Below are positions 12,955 through 25,618 of a DNA stretch of 64,000 nt, piece by piece. The stretch lies in NCBI RefSeq assembly GCF_001194135.2, contig NC_068985.1, positions 86,389,456 to 86,453,455 of the forward strand, in the 5' to 3' direction. Position 1 is the first letter of the stretch, and each line of letters begins with the position of its first letter. Source of the stretch: Octopus bimaculoides. Its lineage: Eukaryota. Made by a program: the position numbers and the translations under genes. The notes under the pieces were generated by a model. The model was not told the origin of the DNA and did not search any database. It was given only the letters and a program-made list of their open reading frames with translations.

Positions 12955-13776
12955 CATAAATATGAATACATATATACATCTCCATATAAGATACATGCAT
13001 ATATATGTATATGTAAATACACATATAAATTTATATATATACAGTTCGTATCCGTATTTGGTTTGCAAGAATCAATAGTATATATATATATATATATATA
13101 TATGCATCATTTACATGTTTATCTTATATATGTGTGTGTGTGTATCTGTACATACACATGTGCTTATACACACACACACACACACACACACACATCCATA
13201 TGTATCTCCATTTCAAAACTCATTAAATTCTAACTGCAGGATACTGGCACGATGATATCTTCATATTGTTATGTTTTCTTTGTATTGTGTCTAACTTCTC
13301 CATTTTTCCTTATACATTTCAGTTATTTATTTGGATTTCAAATTCCACATTACTTATCTAAAACCTGTTGGCATATCATATATTAAGGATTTCTTACTTT
13401 GGCAGAGACCTACAGATTTGTCGGGGCAGAGGTGTTATCAGTTCAACAACAACTTGCTGTACCTGATGGGTGCTTATAACCACAACCAGAGATTATAAGA
13501 AATTAGAATATAATCTGACAAAATTTTAGCTGAGAATATGTGAGTTGGGGTGTGGGGAAGAAGTGTCTTGCTCAAGAACATAACACACAACCCAGGCTGG
13601 GAATTGAATTGCTCAATGTTCTAACCACCGAGCCATCACCTTGATCAGTTGAAACCTTGGGAGAGGATTAATCCCCATCCAGGCTGTTTGCATGTTGCTG
13701 TATGCTTTCACTCACAAGACTATACTTATCTATCTACCTACCTACATACATACATACGTACATACATACATACATT

Positions 13777-13809
<33 letters not shown>

Positions 13810-14988
13810 GTACATGCATACATATATACATATATAGATATATGATGATTTTTATGCATCTCTATTTTAATGTGTTGAGAGATAAGTTAAGACAAAAACT
13901 TGACATTATCTGATCAAGAACTCAATAAAGTTAAATAATTACTTTTTCATAAAAATATTGATTGTAACTTTGAAGTTGCACATAAAATAAGGCTTATTTC
14001 TGACATATTAGGAAATAATATGAAACCCATTCATAATGATCACTTAAGATGGGAGACTTTAAATAACTAATATCTTACATCCACTCTTTAGTGATGGAGG
14101 CAAGAAAAACCATGGTAGGGCTGGGCAAAGCAAGGTAGGTGAATCAAAGTTCACAGGTGAGAGAAAGATTATCAAATTAGATGCAACAGGGAGATATTAA
14201 AAGTGCGTCAATGTAATTAGTGGCACTGGTAAACTTTCAATGAATTGGAATCTTGAGAATAAGGATTCTTGCCTGTGTATAATCAATAGTTATAGAAAGT
14301 GAAAGTAAATAACCATAAAATTGGGTGTATTTTATGTCATTATTATAAAGACAGATATTGGAATTTAGAACGATCTTGTGATATTAATATGGTGAATTCC
14401 TGTATTAGGTCTTGATTTAAAGTTTGAGGAGGTAATGTTATTGTAAAATAGAAGTACTCTAAACATGTGCTTGTTAGTTATAAATTCTTGAATAGGGCTA
14501 TTAATTGCATTGTTAATGAGAATTCTTATCTTATACTTAATGGTAACATCTCATAAATATAGCGCTGTTTTGGTTTCATAAATATATCTGCAGAGTAGAT
14601 GTCTTGACTATCATTATTTAATGCCATGCAAAAATAAACTGCTAAGGTAACACTTTTTGGCTTATTTGAATAAGATGTTAAAGAAGTGGGTTTGAATTTT
14701 AAGATTCAGTTAACGGTAAAAATGGTAAGAGAATCAGTGGAGGAATTATAGATGTAGAATGGTAGTTATTTGTATTTGTCTACAAAGGTTATTTAGATTC
14801 ATTCAAGAAAACGTGAAAGTTTTATGTATTCAGGAACATATTATCAATTTAATGGTTAATAAATTAAAAAGTAGAAGTTTTGGTTACAGACTCAGTAAAA
14901 GTAAAATAATGTATTGGTTGCTGTAATGGAGGTTCAGGAGTTCTTTTCAGATTTCAACAGCATAATCTTCAAATACATAAGTACTCAC

Positions 14989-15092
14989 CTGCACAGTATT
15001 ATTCAGAATTTTTTTGAAAATATCTCTTAGACCATCTACCCCCCTCATCATATATATAACAGGCAGAAGAAAGCACTCTCAAAGAGTGGATA
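14989..15092 (-). other. Candidate 104-nt exon (5' UTR plus possible start MMRGVDGLRDIFKKILNNTVQ, or non-coding)
   Basis: Acceptor gtattttatctcctttcag| and donor CAG|gtgagtac. All three frames contain a stop, but an internal ATG frame stays open to the donor in phase 0. Confidence 0.3.
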
Positions 15093-15229
15093 CTGAAAGG
15101 AGATAAAATACGTCCATAATACTAGATTAACCCTTAAAAAAATAGCTTAGCGAAGTCAGGTTGTTTGAAATGTTTTTCTTTAATCTTGGGATCATCCTTG
15201 TAATCAAAGTCTTAAAATTAAAGCATTTT

Positions 15230-16000
15230 CTCTAACTCACAAATACCACAAAATACTCAACCAATAAAAATCATTAAACTTTCTGACTCAACAACTTACA
15301 ACTTCAGTCAAATATCAACAAATTGTTATTGTTCTAAAATGTCAACATGTCATTACAAGAAATCCTATCAATCCTAATAATACTAACTCTTACCCACCTG
15401 TAAAAGATATTATATGCCAACATTGTACAACAGACAGCATCAATTCAGCTAAAATACTCTACATACATTTAACAACAAATGCATTTAAAAAAAAAATTTC
15501 CTCAACAGATCCACTCTTTTCTCAACCCCAGTCGAGAAAGTGGCGGCACCTCATTTTTTATTTGTATTTGAGCATTAAAATGCATCTTATAAAAATACTT
15601 GAAAATACTTGATTTTGCTAAATTCTTTCCCAGTCACAAAATGCTGCGTCAGCTGTGGATTGACCATTTGTGGACTGTTACCCTCAATAAGTTGAACCTG
15701 TTGAACAGATTATTCCAAGATTATTTCTTCACATAAACAAAATATGTTTTAAATCCTGAGATACTTTAAATTTATGCTATTTCCTAATCGAGTAATCTTA
15801 TACTAATTTGTCGACAACAGTGAACAACCACTTCCACCACCCTAATACTTAACTAAAGCCACACTTTTAATGTAAAAACCCCACCCCTCTTCTTCCTAAT
15901 GTCCAATGTTGAAGGAAATAAAGATCAGGATATAACCACTTAAGAACACACACCACAAACGATTGCCAAACCAATTACTACTATTACAATTCTTCACAAA
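15230..16000 (+). mobile_element. Possible highly decayed LINE (I/Nimb-like RNase H and C-terminal region)
   Basis: A ~130-codon stop-free frame contains TTDSINSAKIL (compare RNase H xTDSLSS..AL); FPSH and a KIRI..NHLRTH-like segment follow. The similarity is weak. Confidence 0.25.
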
Positions 16001-16816
16001 TCCATTATTTAAATTCAGGACATTTAATTACATTCCAATTAGCTAGTCTAACAAACCTTTTTTAAAACTGTGTGTAACTATTAGTGCAATAAAATGTAAA
16101 TTTCAAGTACTTTTAGCCTTATATTCCAAATAGATACAGTCATTATATCCTATCTCACTCTTTGATCGATATAGATTCCTAGAATGTCTCTGTCTATAAA
16201 ACAGAAATACTTTGAAGATGCAGAATGCAGGAGTAAGTATTAAAAGCTTCAGTAAGACACAACAATTTGTGGGTGGGGAGGGGTGGGGAGACACAGGTTC
16301 TCAATTAGTTTTCCTCTCAAATAAACTGGTTCACACCAAACATTAAACAACATAAAATAGTATTACATATACCTGTATGATATTACAATTAAATATAGGA
16401 TAAAATCTATATAAGAATTTATCAAGTAGTCAGCATGAAAAACCATATAACGGAAAANNNNNNNNNNNNNNNNNNNNNNNNNNNNNNNNNNNNNNNNNNN
16501 NNNNNNNNNNNNNNNNNNNNNNNNNNNNNNNNNNNNNNNNNNNNNNNNNNNNNNNNNNNNNNNNNNNNNNNNNNNNNNNNNNNNNNNNNNNNNNNNNNNN
16601 NNNNNNNNNNNNNNNNNNNNNNNNNNNNNNNNNNNNNNNNNNNNNNNNNNNNNNNNNNNNNNNNNNNNNNNNNNNNNNNNNNNNNNNNNNNNNNNNNNNN
16701 NNNNNNNNNNNNNNNNNNNNNNNNNNNNNNNNNNNNNNNNNNNNNNNNNNNNNNNNNNNNNNNNNNNNNNNNNNNNNNNNNNNNNNNNNNNNNNNNNNNN
16801 NNNNNNNNNNNNNNNN

Positions 16817-16859
<43 letters not shown>

Positions 16860-17291
16860 ATATATATATATTTATCTATTCATTTATTCATTCATTTATT
16901 ATTCTTTTACAAGAATGTCGTTGACAGTGAGTTCAAAGTTTCAGCCAGCTAAGCCATTGTTGGACTGCAGTGCATCAGAGTTAAACTCATCACAGTTATA
17001 GCCTGTGCTGGGGGCTTTCTTCCTGCTACCAGTACCAGAGAGGTTGCCATGCAGTTTGCAGGATTACAGATCCTGAGAAAAAAGTAGCTTTATTCAGGGA
17101 GATGAGAGAAAGGACCAGAGCAGAACAGCTATCATCTTGTAAGAGGGCCACATGAGTACTCACATTCTAGAAGAGGGAGTAGGAGTGATTAAGGTGGAGT
17201 GGGGGAAAAGACGAAGATGGTAGTGATGAGGTGTTTGGGTGGAAAGTCAAGGTTTGAGGTGAACTGAAGAAAATGAGGCCTGAAGAACTGG

Positions 17292-17330
<39 letters not shown>

Positions 17331-17525
17331 GATGGGAGGGTTATGCAGATTGTCCATTAATTTTCTTGGAAATTTGGGTAAACATAGTTTCACATGGATT
17401 CTGCTTGACAATTATGGTAATGATACCACATGTCTGTGGAATACTCAACTACTTATGCATTAATTCAAGAGCAGATAATTCAGTTTATTGAACGCTGGAG
17501 ATCCAGCTTAAGTATTTATGAGTGT

Positions 17526-17573
<48 letters not shown>

Positions 17574-18348
17574 GCTTTATTTACTCATATATAGTAAAGT
17601 TACTTTTAGAGACTTTTACAGCAAACCTTTGTTTACATTAAAAAAGCAATTTGTTGGTTGGAAATGAATTGTTTGATTGCTAAATATGAAATAATTTGAA
17701 ATATAATTTGCCAAATATTAATTAAAAAGCGTCATCTGCTTCTTACAGTTATTAACTTTGGGAATTTCAAGTAATTACCNNNNNNNNNNNNNNNNNNNNN
17801 NNNNNNNNNNNNNNNNNNNNNNNNNNNNNNNNNNNNNNNNNNNNNNNNNNNNNNNNNNNNNNNNNNNNNNNNNNNNNNNNNNNNNNNNNNNNNNNNNNNN
17901 NNNNNNNNNNNNNNNNNNNNNNNNNNNNNNNNNNNNNNNNTATATATATATATATATATCATGAGCATTTGTGTGTGTGTCTGTATGTATACACGCACAT
18001 ACTCACACATGCATACCCACACACACGCATACATACTTAGGTATGTATGTATATTTATATACGCGTGTGGGTCTGTGAGAATGAGTAGACGTATGTGTGT
18101 ATATGTGTGTGTGTGTGTGTGCGTGCATGCTTATGTATGTGTGTATGTGTATATAAGCAAGTGTTTGCGTGTATGCATACTGCTAAAATTGTTACAGCAT
18201 GCCTGATTAAGAAGAGAAATACCATAGACGAGTGTCAGTTGATATTTGATCCATAAAGAAGTTCTGTGAAAGCTAAATTCCTTATGAGACAGCTCTAAGA
18301 ATCCTTTGCTGGAATTAAACTCTTCTACTTAGTATGTGTCATCCTACC

Positions 18349-18462
18349 AAAGCCTTTTTTGATGTTGTTGTCTTTTCTCTACACTGGTTGCTTTTACAGA
18401 AACTAGGACAAGATGAATGGCTGTTGAGGGCCATGCAAGCCATAGAGTAAGATGTGGCCAGT
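18349..18462 (+). mobile_element. RTE LINE reverse-transcriptase fragment
   Basis: KAF(F)DVV...WLLLQKLGQDEWLLRAMQAI resembles the RTE motif EKAFDRVP...WWALRKLGVEEWLVRAVQAMY. Confidence 0.65.
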
Positions 18463-18559
18463 ATCAAGAAGTTTAGTAGTTGGTGCCCAACATAGGCTTA
18501 ATTTTAACCCATCCCCATATCTTGTATCCATGCAGACCATGAAAGAGCGGTTTCAGCTG

Positions 18560-18790
18560 TTGCTCATGGTAACTGCAATATGTTGATGACTTATTAAGTA
18601 AATCTGTAAAATATTTTTGATAAATAATTCCAAACCTGAATGCAAAACCTTGACTTGGAAGGTCTGAAAATGTTCAAGACCCTTTAAAGGTCCTCTGAAA
18701 TGGTGAGAAGGAAAGAAGATACTATCCTGAAAGTGGAAACTCGGAGGCTTTTGCAGCAGTGTTATCCTGACAAAAGGCATTTAGGGTACG
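18560..18790 (-). mobile_element. Very decayed mariner transposase C-terminal fragment
   Basis: CQDNTAAK and QKPPSF..D...PSHHFRGPLK resemble HDNARPH and HPPYSPDLAPSDFHLFGPLK. Confidence 0.4.
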
Positions 18791-18944
18791 AAGTGATGGT
18801 GTTAAACCAGATAAGTGTTTAAATTTATCACTCACACAGGCCATAACAAGATTTGAACTCGTAATATAAGAATCCAGAATAAGTAATGCAAGGTGTCCAT
18901 CCAACATACAGTTCTGCTAATCCACCACTTTTGATTATTGACAA

Positions 18945-19070
18945 TATTTTATTGACTCCCAAAACAATGGAAGTTAAAGCTGACTTTGGTGGAATTTGAA
19001 CTCAGAGCACCAAACATCAGAATGAATACTGTGGATACATTCTATCAGACACTGACTGTTAATTTGCCAG
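18945..19070 (-). mobile_element. SINE family A fragment, decayed
   Basis: aaagctgactttggtggaatttgaactcagag matches the other family A copies. Confidence 0.6.
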
Positions 19071-19605
19071 GCTTAGCAAAGACTAAAGTTTAGTAAGTAA
19101 GGAAAACGATAGGATCGTTCCGGCATCAGAGAAATAGCTGTGCCAAACGTTACAAAAGTGATGAGAAAGGTCTACGACAAGTGGTGGTCATTGGGATTAA
19201 GAAGACCAAACCACTCAGGTGTTCTGCTCTCCTCATCTCATTGGTATTCCTTCATCTATTCCACAACCCTTTTACTATCAATGGACGATGCATCCCTGTG
19301 TAGTGAGGAATAGTTTTGGATATGTCTGTACACAACACCTTACCCCTGTCTTTATTGCTATCCATCACTCTCTTTATTTTTTTTTCACCAATCTTTATTG
19401 CTAGCTATCACCAGACTCTCCTCTGTTACTCATTATTATCACTCTTTCTTTTTACCAATCTCCTCTTCTCATCGTTTGTGTGACGAAGGTTTTCATTAGA
19501 TCTGCCCATATACACTAACCTCTAATTACTTTTCATCATTCATCATTCACCATCTTACTTTCCCCTAGCATTTATTATCAACATGCATCACTCTCTCTCT
19601 CTCTC

Positions 19606-19650
<45 letters not shown>

Positions 19651-20821
19651 CTCTTACTATCAATTATCTTTTCTTCTAGTCCATCATACATTTTTAACAT
19701 TACCCAGCCTCTGTCATTCATTGACATCTGTTTCTATCTTTCACCACTCACACGTACATTGCTCTATCTCTCTTCTATCACTTCTTTCTCTTCCATCACC
19801 ACTCAAGCTAGTTTTCTAATCAATCTCCTTACCAACAAACGACATGTAGCTGTCTATCATTGTCTTTTTATTAATCCATTCTTTATTCCATCCTTTTTCT
19901 CCTATAAATTTGTTTTTCTCTATTATTCTTTCACTCTCTCATTTCTATAACTCACTGTTCTTTCTCTTTTGTCCTTTTCTCTTCTATTCATACTTTTTGC
20001 CTTGGAAGGAGTTGGCTGTAGGAGGCATTCTAGCCATAGAAATCATATGAGTAAGATGTGATCTTTAAACCAATGAGTAAGGCAGTAGCACCAAATAAGA
20101 ACTGATATGGAACATTACAATCCATCTAACCCATGCCAGCATAAAAAAAAACAGATTTAGAATTCAGCTGATGATAATATTTTATAAAAATAGTCTAAAC
20201 TTTTTGACATGAAGCAAACAAGTTAGATTCTACATACATTGAAAAGGTATATATTCTCTGTATATTCATAATCCCTGGACAAAGAACTTTGGTGATAAAA
20301 CTGATCATGCACCATATGCTCACCTTCGTTTCTTATGAATGACTGTTATCAGGTTGCAAGCTTTTGATGGCTTTGTCTCTCTCAATCTCAATGACTAGAA
20401 ATATGTATGATTATCTGCTTTCTTTTTTTACTTTTATCTCTTGTTCTGTCTTTCTCTCTTCCTGATCGAGAACGAATGCTTTGAGGGAAATTTATCATAA
20501 AGTACTGTTTATAAAAATTATTCAGCACTGATAATGCATAAATATGTGGACACAGACTGTTTATGGATATAGATATGGAAGAAATAAGAAATGAATTAAA
20601 TTCCTTTGTATAAACATAACATTTCACTTTAGCTGAAAGAAAAACAGAATAATTTTTTTAGTCCTTCTTTTAATCCTCTCCCTTAAATAAATAAGAAACC
20701 CTCAATCAATGGGCTGCTTTTATGAGAAATGGAAAAAAAAATCTAAACAACATTCACAGCCTATAACACTGGCCAAAATGAGTTAAATTGTTATAATTCT
20801 ACTTAAGAATACTGTGTGTGA

Positions 20822-20855
<34 letters not shown>

Positions 20856-21474
20856 ATATTTTAAATGAATTTTGATGTAGATGGTATGGCAAAAGCTAAA
20901 TGCTCTTACCTTATAAGGAAATCTATACTCCACCAGGATCAGAAAAACTTGTTGCATGAATCTAAATGCTTATGCTACTTAAATTCTGACCGGAATCTAT
21001 TGCCTCCTTGAATTTGTTTCACCTGGCCATTCACCTTGGATACTTGAAAACGAAAGAGGATGATTGAATCCCCCACTTCAGTCCTGACATCTCCCTCCAC
21101 TCCTCCTCAATTTGTTATATTTTTTTAAACATTTGCAAACCTATTGGTGAACAATAAGGTCATTAGTTAAAGATTTCCAATAAACCAATTTCGTATTCCC
21201 TACATTTCTGATGGTGAGTATGAAAGGGAGTGTCTTTAATGTGGGGGAGAACAAATATCACAGCAGATGTTGCTCAAAGTGCATTTTTTTCCCAGTGATG
21301 TCTACATACCTTCATTGATATACATTTAAGAAAGGTATACAAATACCAATTCTATTACAGACAACTTCACAGTTTCTGCCAACCAAATTTCACCTACAAA
21401 ATATCCATCAACCCAAATGTATATTTGGCAAGTGTACATTTGGCAAGTGGCATTGAGCTAGATACCCCATGGCT

Positions 21475-21625
21475 GCAGGTATGAATGTGTAGATAAGAGG
21501 TTTTGATCTACAACCATGTGGTTTTGTTTTAGTCCTGTTGCACAGCATTTTGGACAAGTGTCTTTTGCTACAACTAAAGTTATATTGGTGAATTTAGCTG
21601 GAAACTAAAGGAAGCCCAGAAGCTT
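21475..21625 (+). mobile_element. SINE family C head and core, decayed
   Basis: caaccatgtgg...gcattttggacaagtgtcttttgcta...ggaaactaaaggaagccc. Confidence 0.6.
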
Positions 21626-22914
21626 TCAATTTTACAGAATGTGAAAAAGTATTTTCTGTTAAGAATATCTGGAATGGGAAAAAGAAAATCAATTAGCCTA
21701 AATGCAAGACAAAAATTTAGAAGAAAGGAAATAAAGAAGAAAAAAACAGAAACGAGAAGGGCAAAGAAAAAAATAATGGAAGATAGAGAGAAGAAAAACA
21801 ATGAGAAGTAAAAGAATATCATCTTCAATTAATATCTGGAGTTGTATGTCTCACAGATTCCACTGTTTGATATTGGTAAAGCATAACGCTACAGTTCCAC
21901 TGAACAGTAAGAATACTACGAGATAAAGTAGAGATCAAACTGATAAAAGCAATTATGGAGATTTTGGCCAGTTTCAAATTGATTCAATAATAAGCATTGC
22001 TTCCATTTCTGTGATACATTCTGTAAATAAAAATTGGTGCCAATGTGTGTCCTTCTTCATTGTTGAGGATTGTAATCCAACATAGTAATTTGGTCTGTGT
22101 CGATGGGTTGCTATCATACAGAAAAACTACTTGTGTAAACAATTTTTGGTTTTACTAATGAAATTAATTGGCAGATAAAAGCTTGTTCCAATGACACACT
22201 GGTTATTATTATGGCTTTCTGCTTGCAGAACCTAATTGGTTTATTATTTGATTTATGCAATATATGGTAATAACCCTTCACCTCTGTTCTCTAATTACTT
22301 CTGTTTGAAATACAACATTTCTGCTCCAACACAAACAAATCGCCATAATGTACAGATCATACAAATGTTTGAGTGTTACTGAACAATTATTTGAAATGTC
22401 CGAAAAATACATGAAAAATTTTTTTTTCTTTATTTCGTTTTATGAACAATAGCATTGGTGATTGCAGGTTTCTAACAAACCAATCATTGGTTCACTGAAT
22501 TTATGACAGTCACAAAGATAAGGGCCAATGTGTATCTCAGTGCAAAATGCTCCAATCTCGCAGAAGACCTTTTCCAAAGAGGATTCTTCTTTTGCATCAA
22601 AGTCGATAGTATTTTGCTGAAGGTGTCTGCTACTTTCTCTCCGGGTCAACCAATGCCTTGTGAGAGAATTCAAGAAATAGAAACTGAATTACACCTGTTG
22701 TATACACACATATACACACGCGTGTGCATGTACAACACATATACATGCAAATATACAAATACATATACATATACATACGCATATACAAATGCTTTTACAT
22801 GTGAAAGCGTGCATATGTGTCTCTGTTTGTGTTTGTGTGTGTCTGTGTGTACAGTGTGTAAGAATAGTATTATTTTTTGCAACCAAAGGTTCATGTCCTG
22901 CCCTCCTGATGTTT

Positions 22915-23123
22915 CATCAGCCAAGAGGAGGTGGAAGCTTCATTAAAGGAGTTCTTTACCTTGAAGCACAAGAACTGGCACCAGCATGGAATCAAAGAAC
23001 TGGCAGAAAGCTGGCTTCAGACAAAGCAACATGGTGCTTTCTATTTTGAATGGTTGGTTGTTGCAACTTGATGAATTAAGCAAATAAGTTACCAAAATAT
23101 TGCCAAACTTGAATCAACACAAT
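22915..23123 (+). mobile_element. mariner transposon 3' end fragment
   Basis: SQEEVEASLKEFFTLKHKNWHQHGIKELAESWLQTKQHGAFYFE resembles mariner C-termini; followed by the TIR-like tgccaaacttgaatcaacacaata. Confidence 0.65.
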
Positions 23124-23580
23124 AGAAACAAGTGTTATTGTTGCTGTTATTGTATTTCATTGCACAATATATAAATTAGCAAAAATCAGAAGATAAAATA
23201 TGGGTTTTTGTTGTTTTTTCCCTTCTTTATGTTAACTGTGAAGCCTTAACAAAAGACCTTAGACAGAAAGAATATTAGTTGTTCCATTTATGAATATCAG
23301 CCGTTCTAAGGAGGAATGATTTTCAGAGCTCTTGCATGTCTCCATCTCAATGTGAATCTCTTCCTAATGGCATATCAGCGATTTTAGGAGGATTAACCTT
23401 AATTTCCCAGTAATAACCGAACTGCTTCCATTTTACCAACTTGACATTCTACATTCTTATAACAATACTTTCATTTCGAGATTTTTTTCTGTTGTCTACA
23501 ATGGCATAGTGGTTAAAAGCATGGGCTACTAATACCAAGATTCCAACTACGATTCCAGGCAATGACCTGAATAATAATAA

Positions 23581-24099
23581 TCATCATCATCATTGTTTAA
23601 TGTCCACTTTCCATACTGGCATGGGTTGGACGGTTTGACTGAGGACTGGCAAGCCAGATGGCTGCACCTAGTTCCAATCTGATCTGGCAGAGTTTCTACT
23701 GCTGGACGCCCCTCCTAACGCCAACCACTCCGAAAGTGTAGTGGGTGCTTTTACGTGCCACTGGCATGAGGGCCAGTAAGGCGGTACTGGCGACGGCCAT
23801 GCCACCTGCACAGGAGCCAGTCCAGTGGCTCTGGCAATGACCTTGCTTGAATGTTGTTTTTCACAAGCCACCGGTACAAGTGCCTGCAGGGCGATGCTGG
23901 TGATAACCACGCTCGAATGGTACTTTTATGTGCTGCCAGCATGGGAGCCAGTCAGCGGCCCTGGCAATGATCACACTTGGATGGTGACTATGCTATAGCC
24001 AACACTGCCAGATATTTTAAGCATTTCTGCAGTAATTCCTGATGGGCCGGGGACTTTCCCTGTCTTCATACCCTTAATTGATTTATCTACCAAGGCACT
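23581..24099 (-). mobile_element. Internally deleted RTE LINE (ORF2 fragment fused to family B 3' UTR and (GAT)n tail)
   Basis: 23983-24099 on the minus strand reads SALVDKSIKGMKTGKVPGPSGITAEMLKISGSVGYSIVT (the RTE K.GKAPGPSGITAEMLK motif). It is joined to the family B sequence and flanked by aataataat. Confidence 0.85.
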
Positions 24100-24165
24100 A
24101 ATAATAATAATAGTAACATCGAAAAATACCTTAGGAATGAGAACCCAGGTTCAAAATTTCCCCAA

Positions 24166-24211
24166 GACACCTGATGAAGGCTGGAGGGTATATCAGCGGA
24201 AATGTTGTGTT
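24166..24211 (+). ncRNA. Minimal type I hammerhead ribozyme motif (one stem II mismatch)
   Basis: GACAC-CTGATGA-A-GGCTG-gagggtatat-CAGCG-GAAA-TGTT-GTGTT; stem I is GACAC/GTGTT. Confidence 0.65.
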
Positions 24212-24897
24212 AAAAACAAACAAGAAGAGGACAAATATCCGTCAAATGTAAATAATGTAAATAATGTACAATATTTTTGTCTGAAGGACTTGCAGCACCT
24301 TTTAGAAACCATTCTCATTTTTTATATCCTGTATAATGATATCTGGTCTTTGATTCCACACCACAAACCAGGTATGGTCTATGGTGTTTGTCTGAATTCC
24401 AAAATCTTCCTTCAGTCTATTTGCTGGCATAGTGTATCAAGAACAACATAATTCAAGGTATCTTTCCTTTTTTAAGAGTACAGAGAGAAATTTGAAGATC
24501 TGATTGCTATGTCATGGAGATCAAGAAATTTCATAGAAACTCCTCCCCTCAGCACAAGCATCTTTGTTGGCCCATGTCCCCTCATTGCTGCTGATCTGCT
24601 GTTGTTGATGAGGATGTTGATGACAGTGGGAGGCATTGATTGTGGGCAATACTGAAGAGCTTAACAGTTGGCAATGATGACAGTGGTAGTGGTAGTAGTG
24701 GGGTGTTGGTGTTGGGGTAAGGTGGGGATGGTACAGGTGTTGGTGATGATGATGATGATGAGGAGTAGGACGACGAGGAAAGGAACAAAGTGGAAGAAGA
24801 AGTGGTGGTTGGGGAGGAAAATGATTGATGATAGATGACAATTTTGTGATGGCATTGACAGGAATAATACTGTTGACGATAAAGTTGATGATGATGG

Positions 24898-24932
<35 letters not shown>

Positions 24933-25160
24933 GGGATTATGACAATTATGTTGTGTGAAAAATTTCTTTCTTTCTCCTTCCTGCTACCTCCAAACTGTAA
25001 CTGTCAACTCGTATGTACCATTTAAGGGAAATAAGAGTCAACTTGATTCTATTAGCTTCAAGAATATTTGACAGGAATAGGGGGAAAATATATAGCAGAA
25101 CAATCGTAATAAGTGATATAGTAAAAAAAAAAAAACCCCAAAACACACCAAGCAAATATA

Positions 25161-25216
<56 letters not shown>

Positions 25217-25549
25217 CGTGTGTGTATTAAGTTTTATAGGGCAAACAAGGATAAATAGAAAGTAAAATGTGAATAATCAAGGAAATTTAGAAAGTGACTT
25301 GCAGCTGTTTCTGGGGTTTGGTGTTCTGTAAATGCAGCAATGTGCGTTGTGTGTTTGTATACATGAAGTAGATTTGTGTTAGTGAATGTATATGGAATAA
25401 CACAAGTTGAAATTCTATGATCACTCACCCAGTCTTCTGAAAGAAAATAAAGGTTAAACAATGAAAGGTAGTTAATATATGATATATATTATTAAATAAC
25501 TGCAAGTCATAAGGAGAGAGGTGGGAGGAGGGAGGGAAAGGCAGGAACA

Positions 25550-25551
<2 letters not shown>

Positions 25552-25609
<58 letters not shown>

Positions 25610-25618
25610 TAGAGAGAG
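25552..25618. repeat. (GA)n microsatellite
   Basis: Direct observation. Confidence 0.95.

Larger units (their letters stand above)
23500..24272 (+). mobile_element. tRNA-headed SINE family D (hammerhead-containing), split by an RTE insertion; own parts are 23500-23580 and 24100-24272
   Basis: Head atggcatagtggttaaaagc (A box), (AAT)n linker, and body catcgaaaaataccttaggaatgagaacccaggtt...; colinear with the uninterrupted copy at 57826-58063. Confidence 0.85.

Noticed and set aside
15394-15397. Possible microexons or recursive splice sites on the minus strand (ttttacag|GTGG|gtaag here; tttacag|CATTGA|gtgag at 46767-46772)
   Set aside because: Expected by chance in this much AT-rich DNA and untestable without reads.
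22503-22946. 147-aa ORF
   Set aside because: A composite of a SINE core (about 22618-22690), microsatellite-like DNA and the edge of a mariner fragment.
23395-23460. Ankyrin-like GKMEAVRLLL on the minus strand
   Set aside because: Immediately followed by a stop, with no splice signals.
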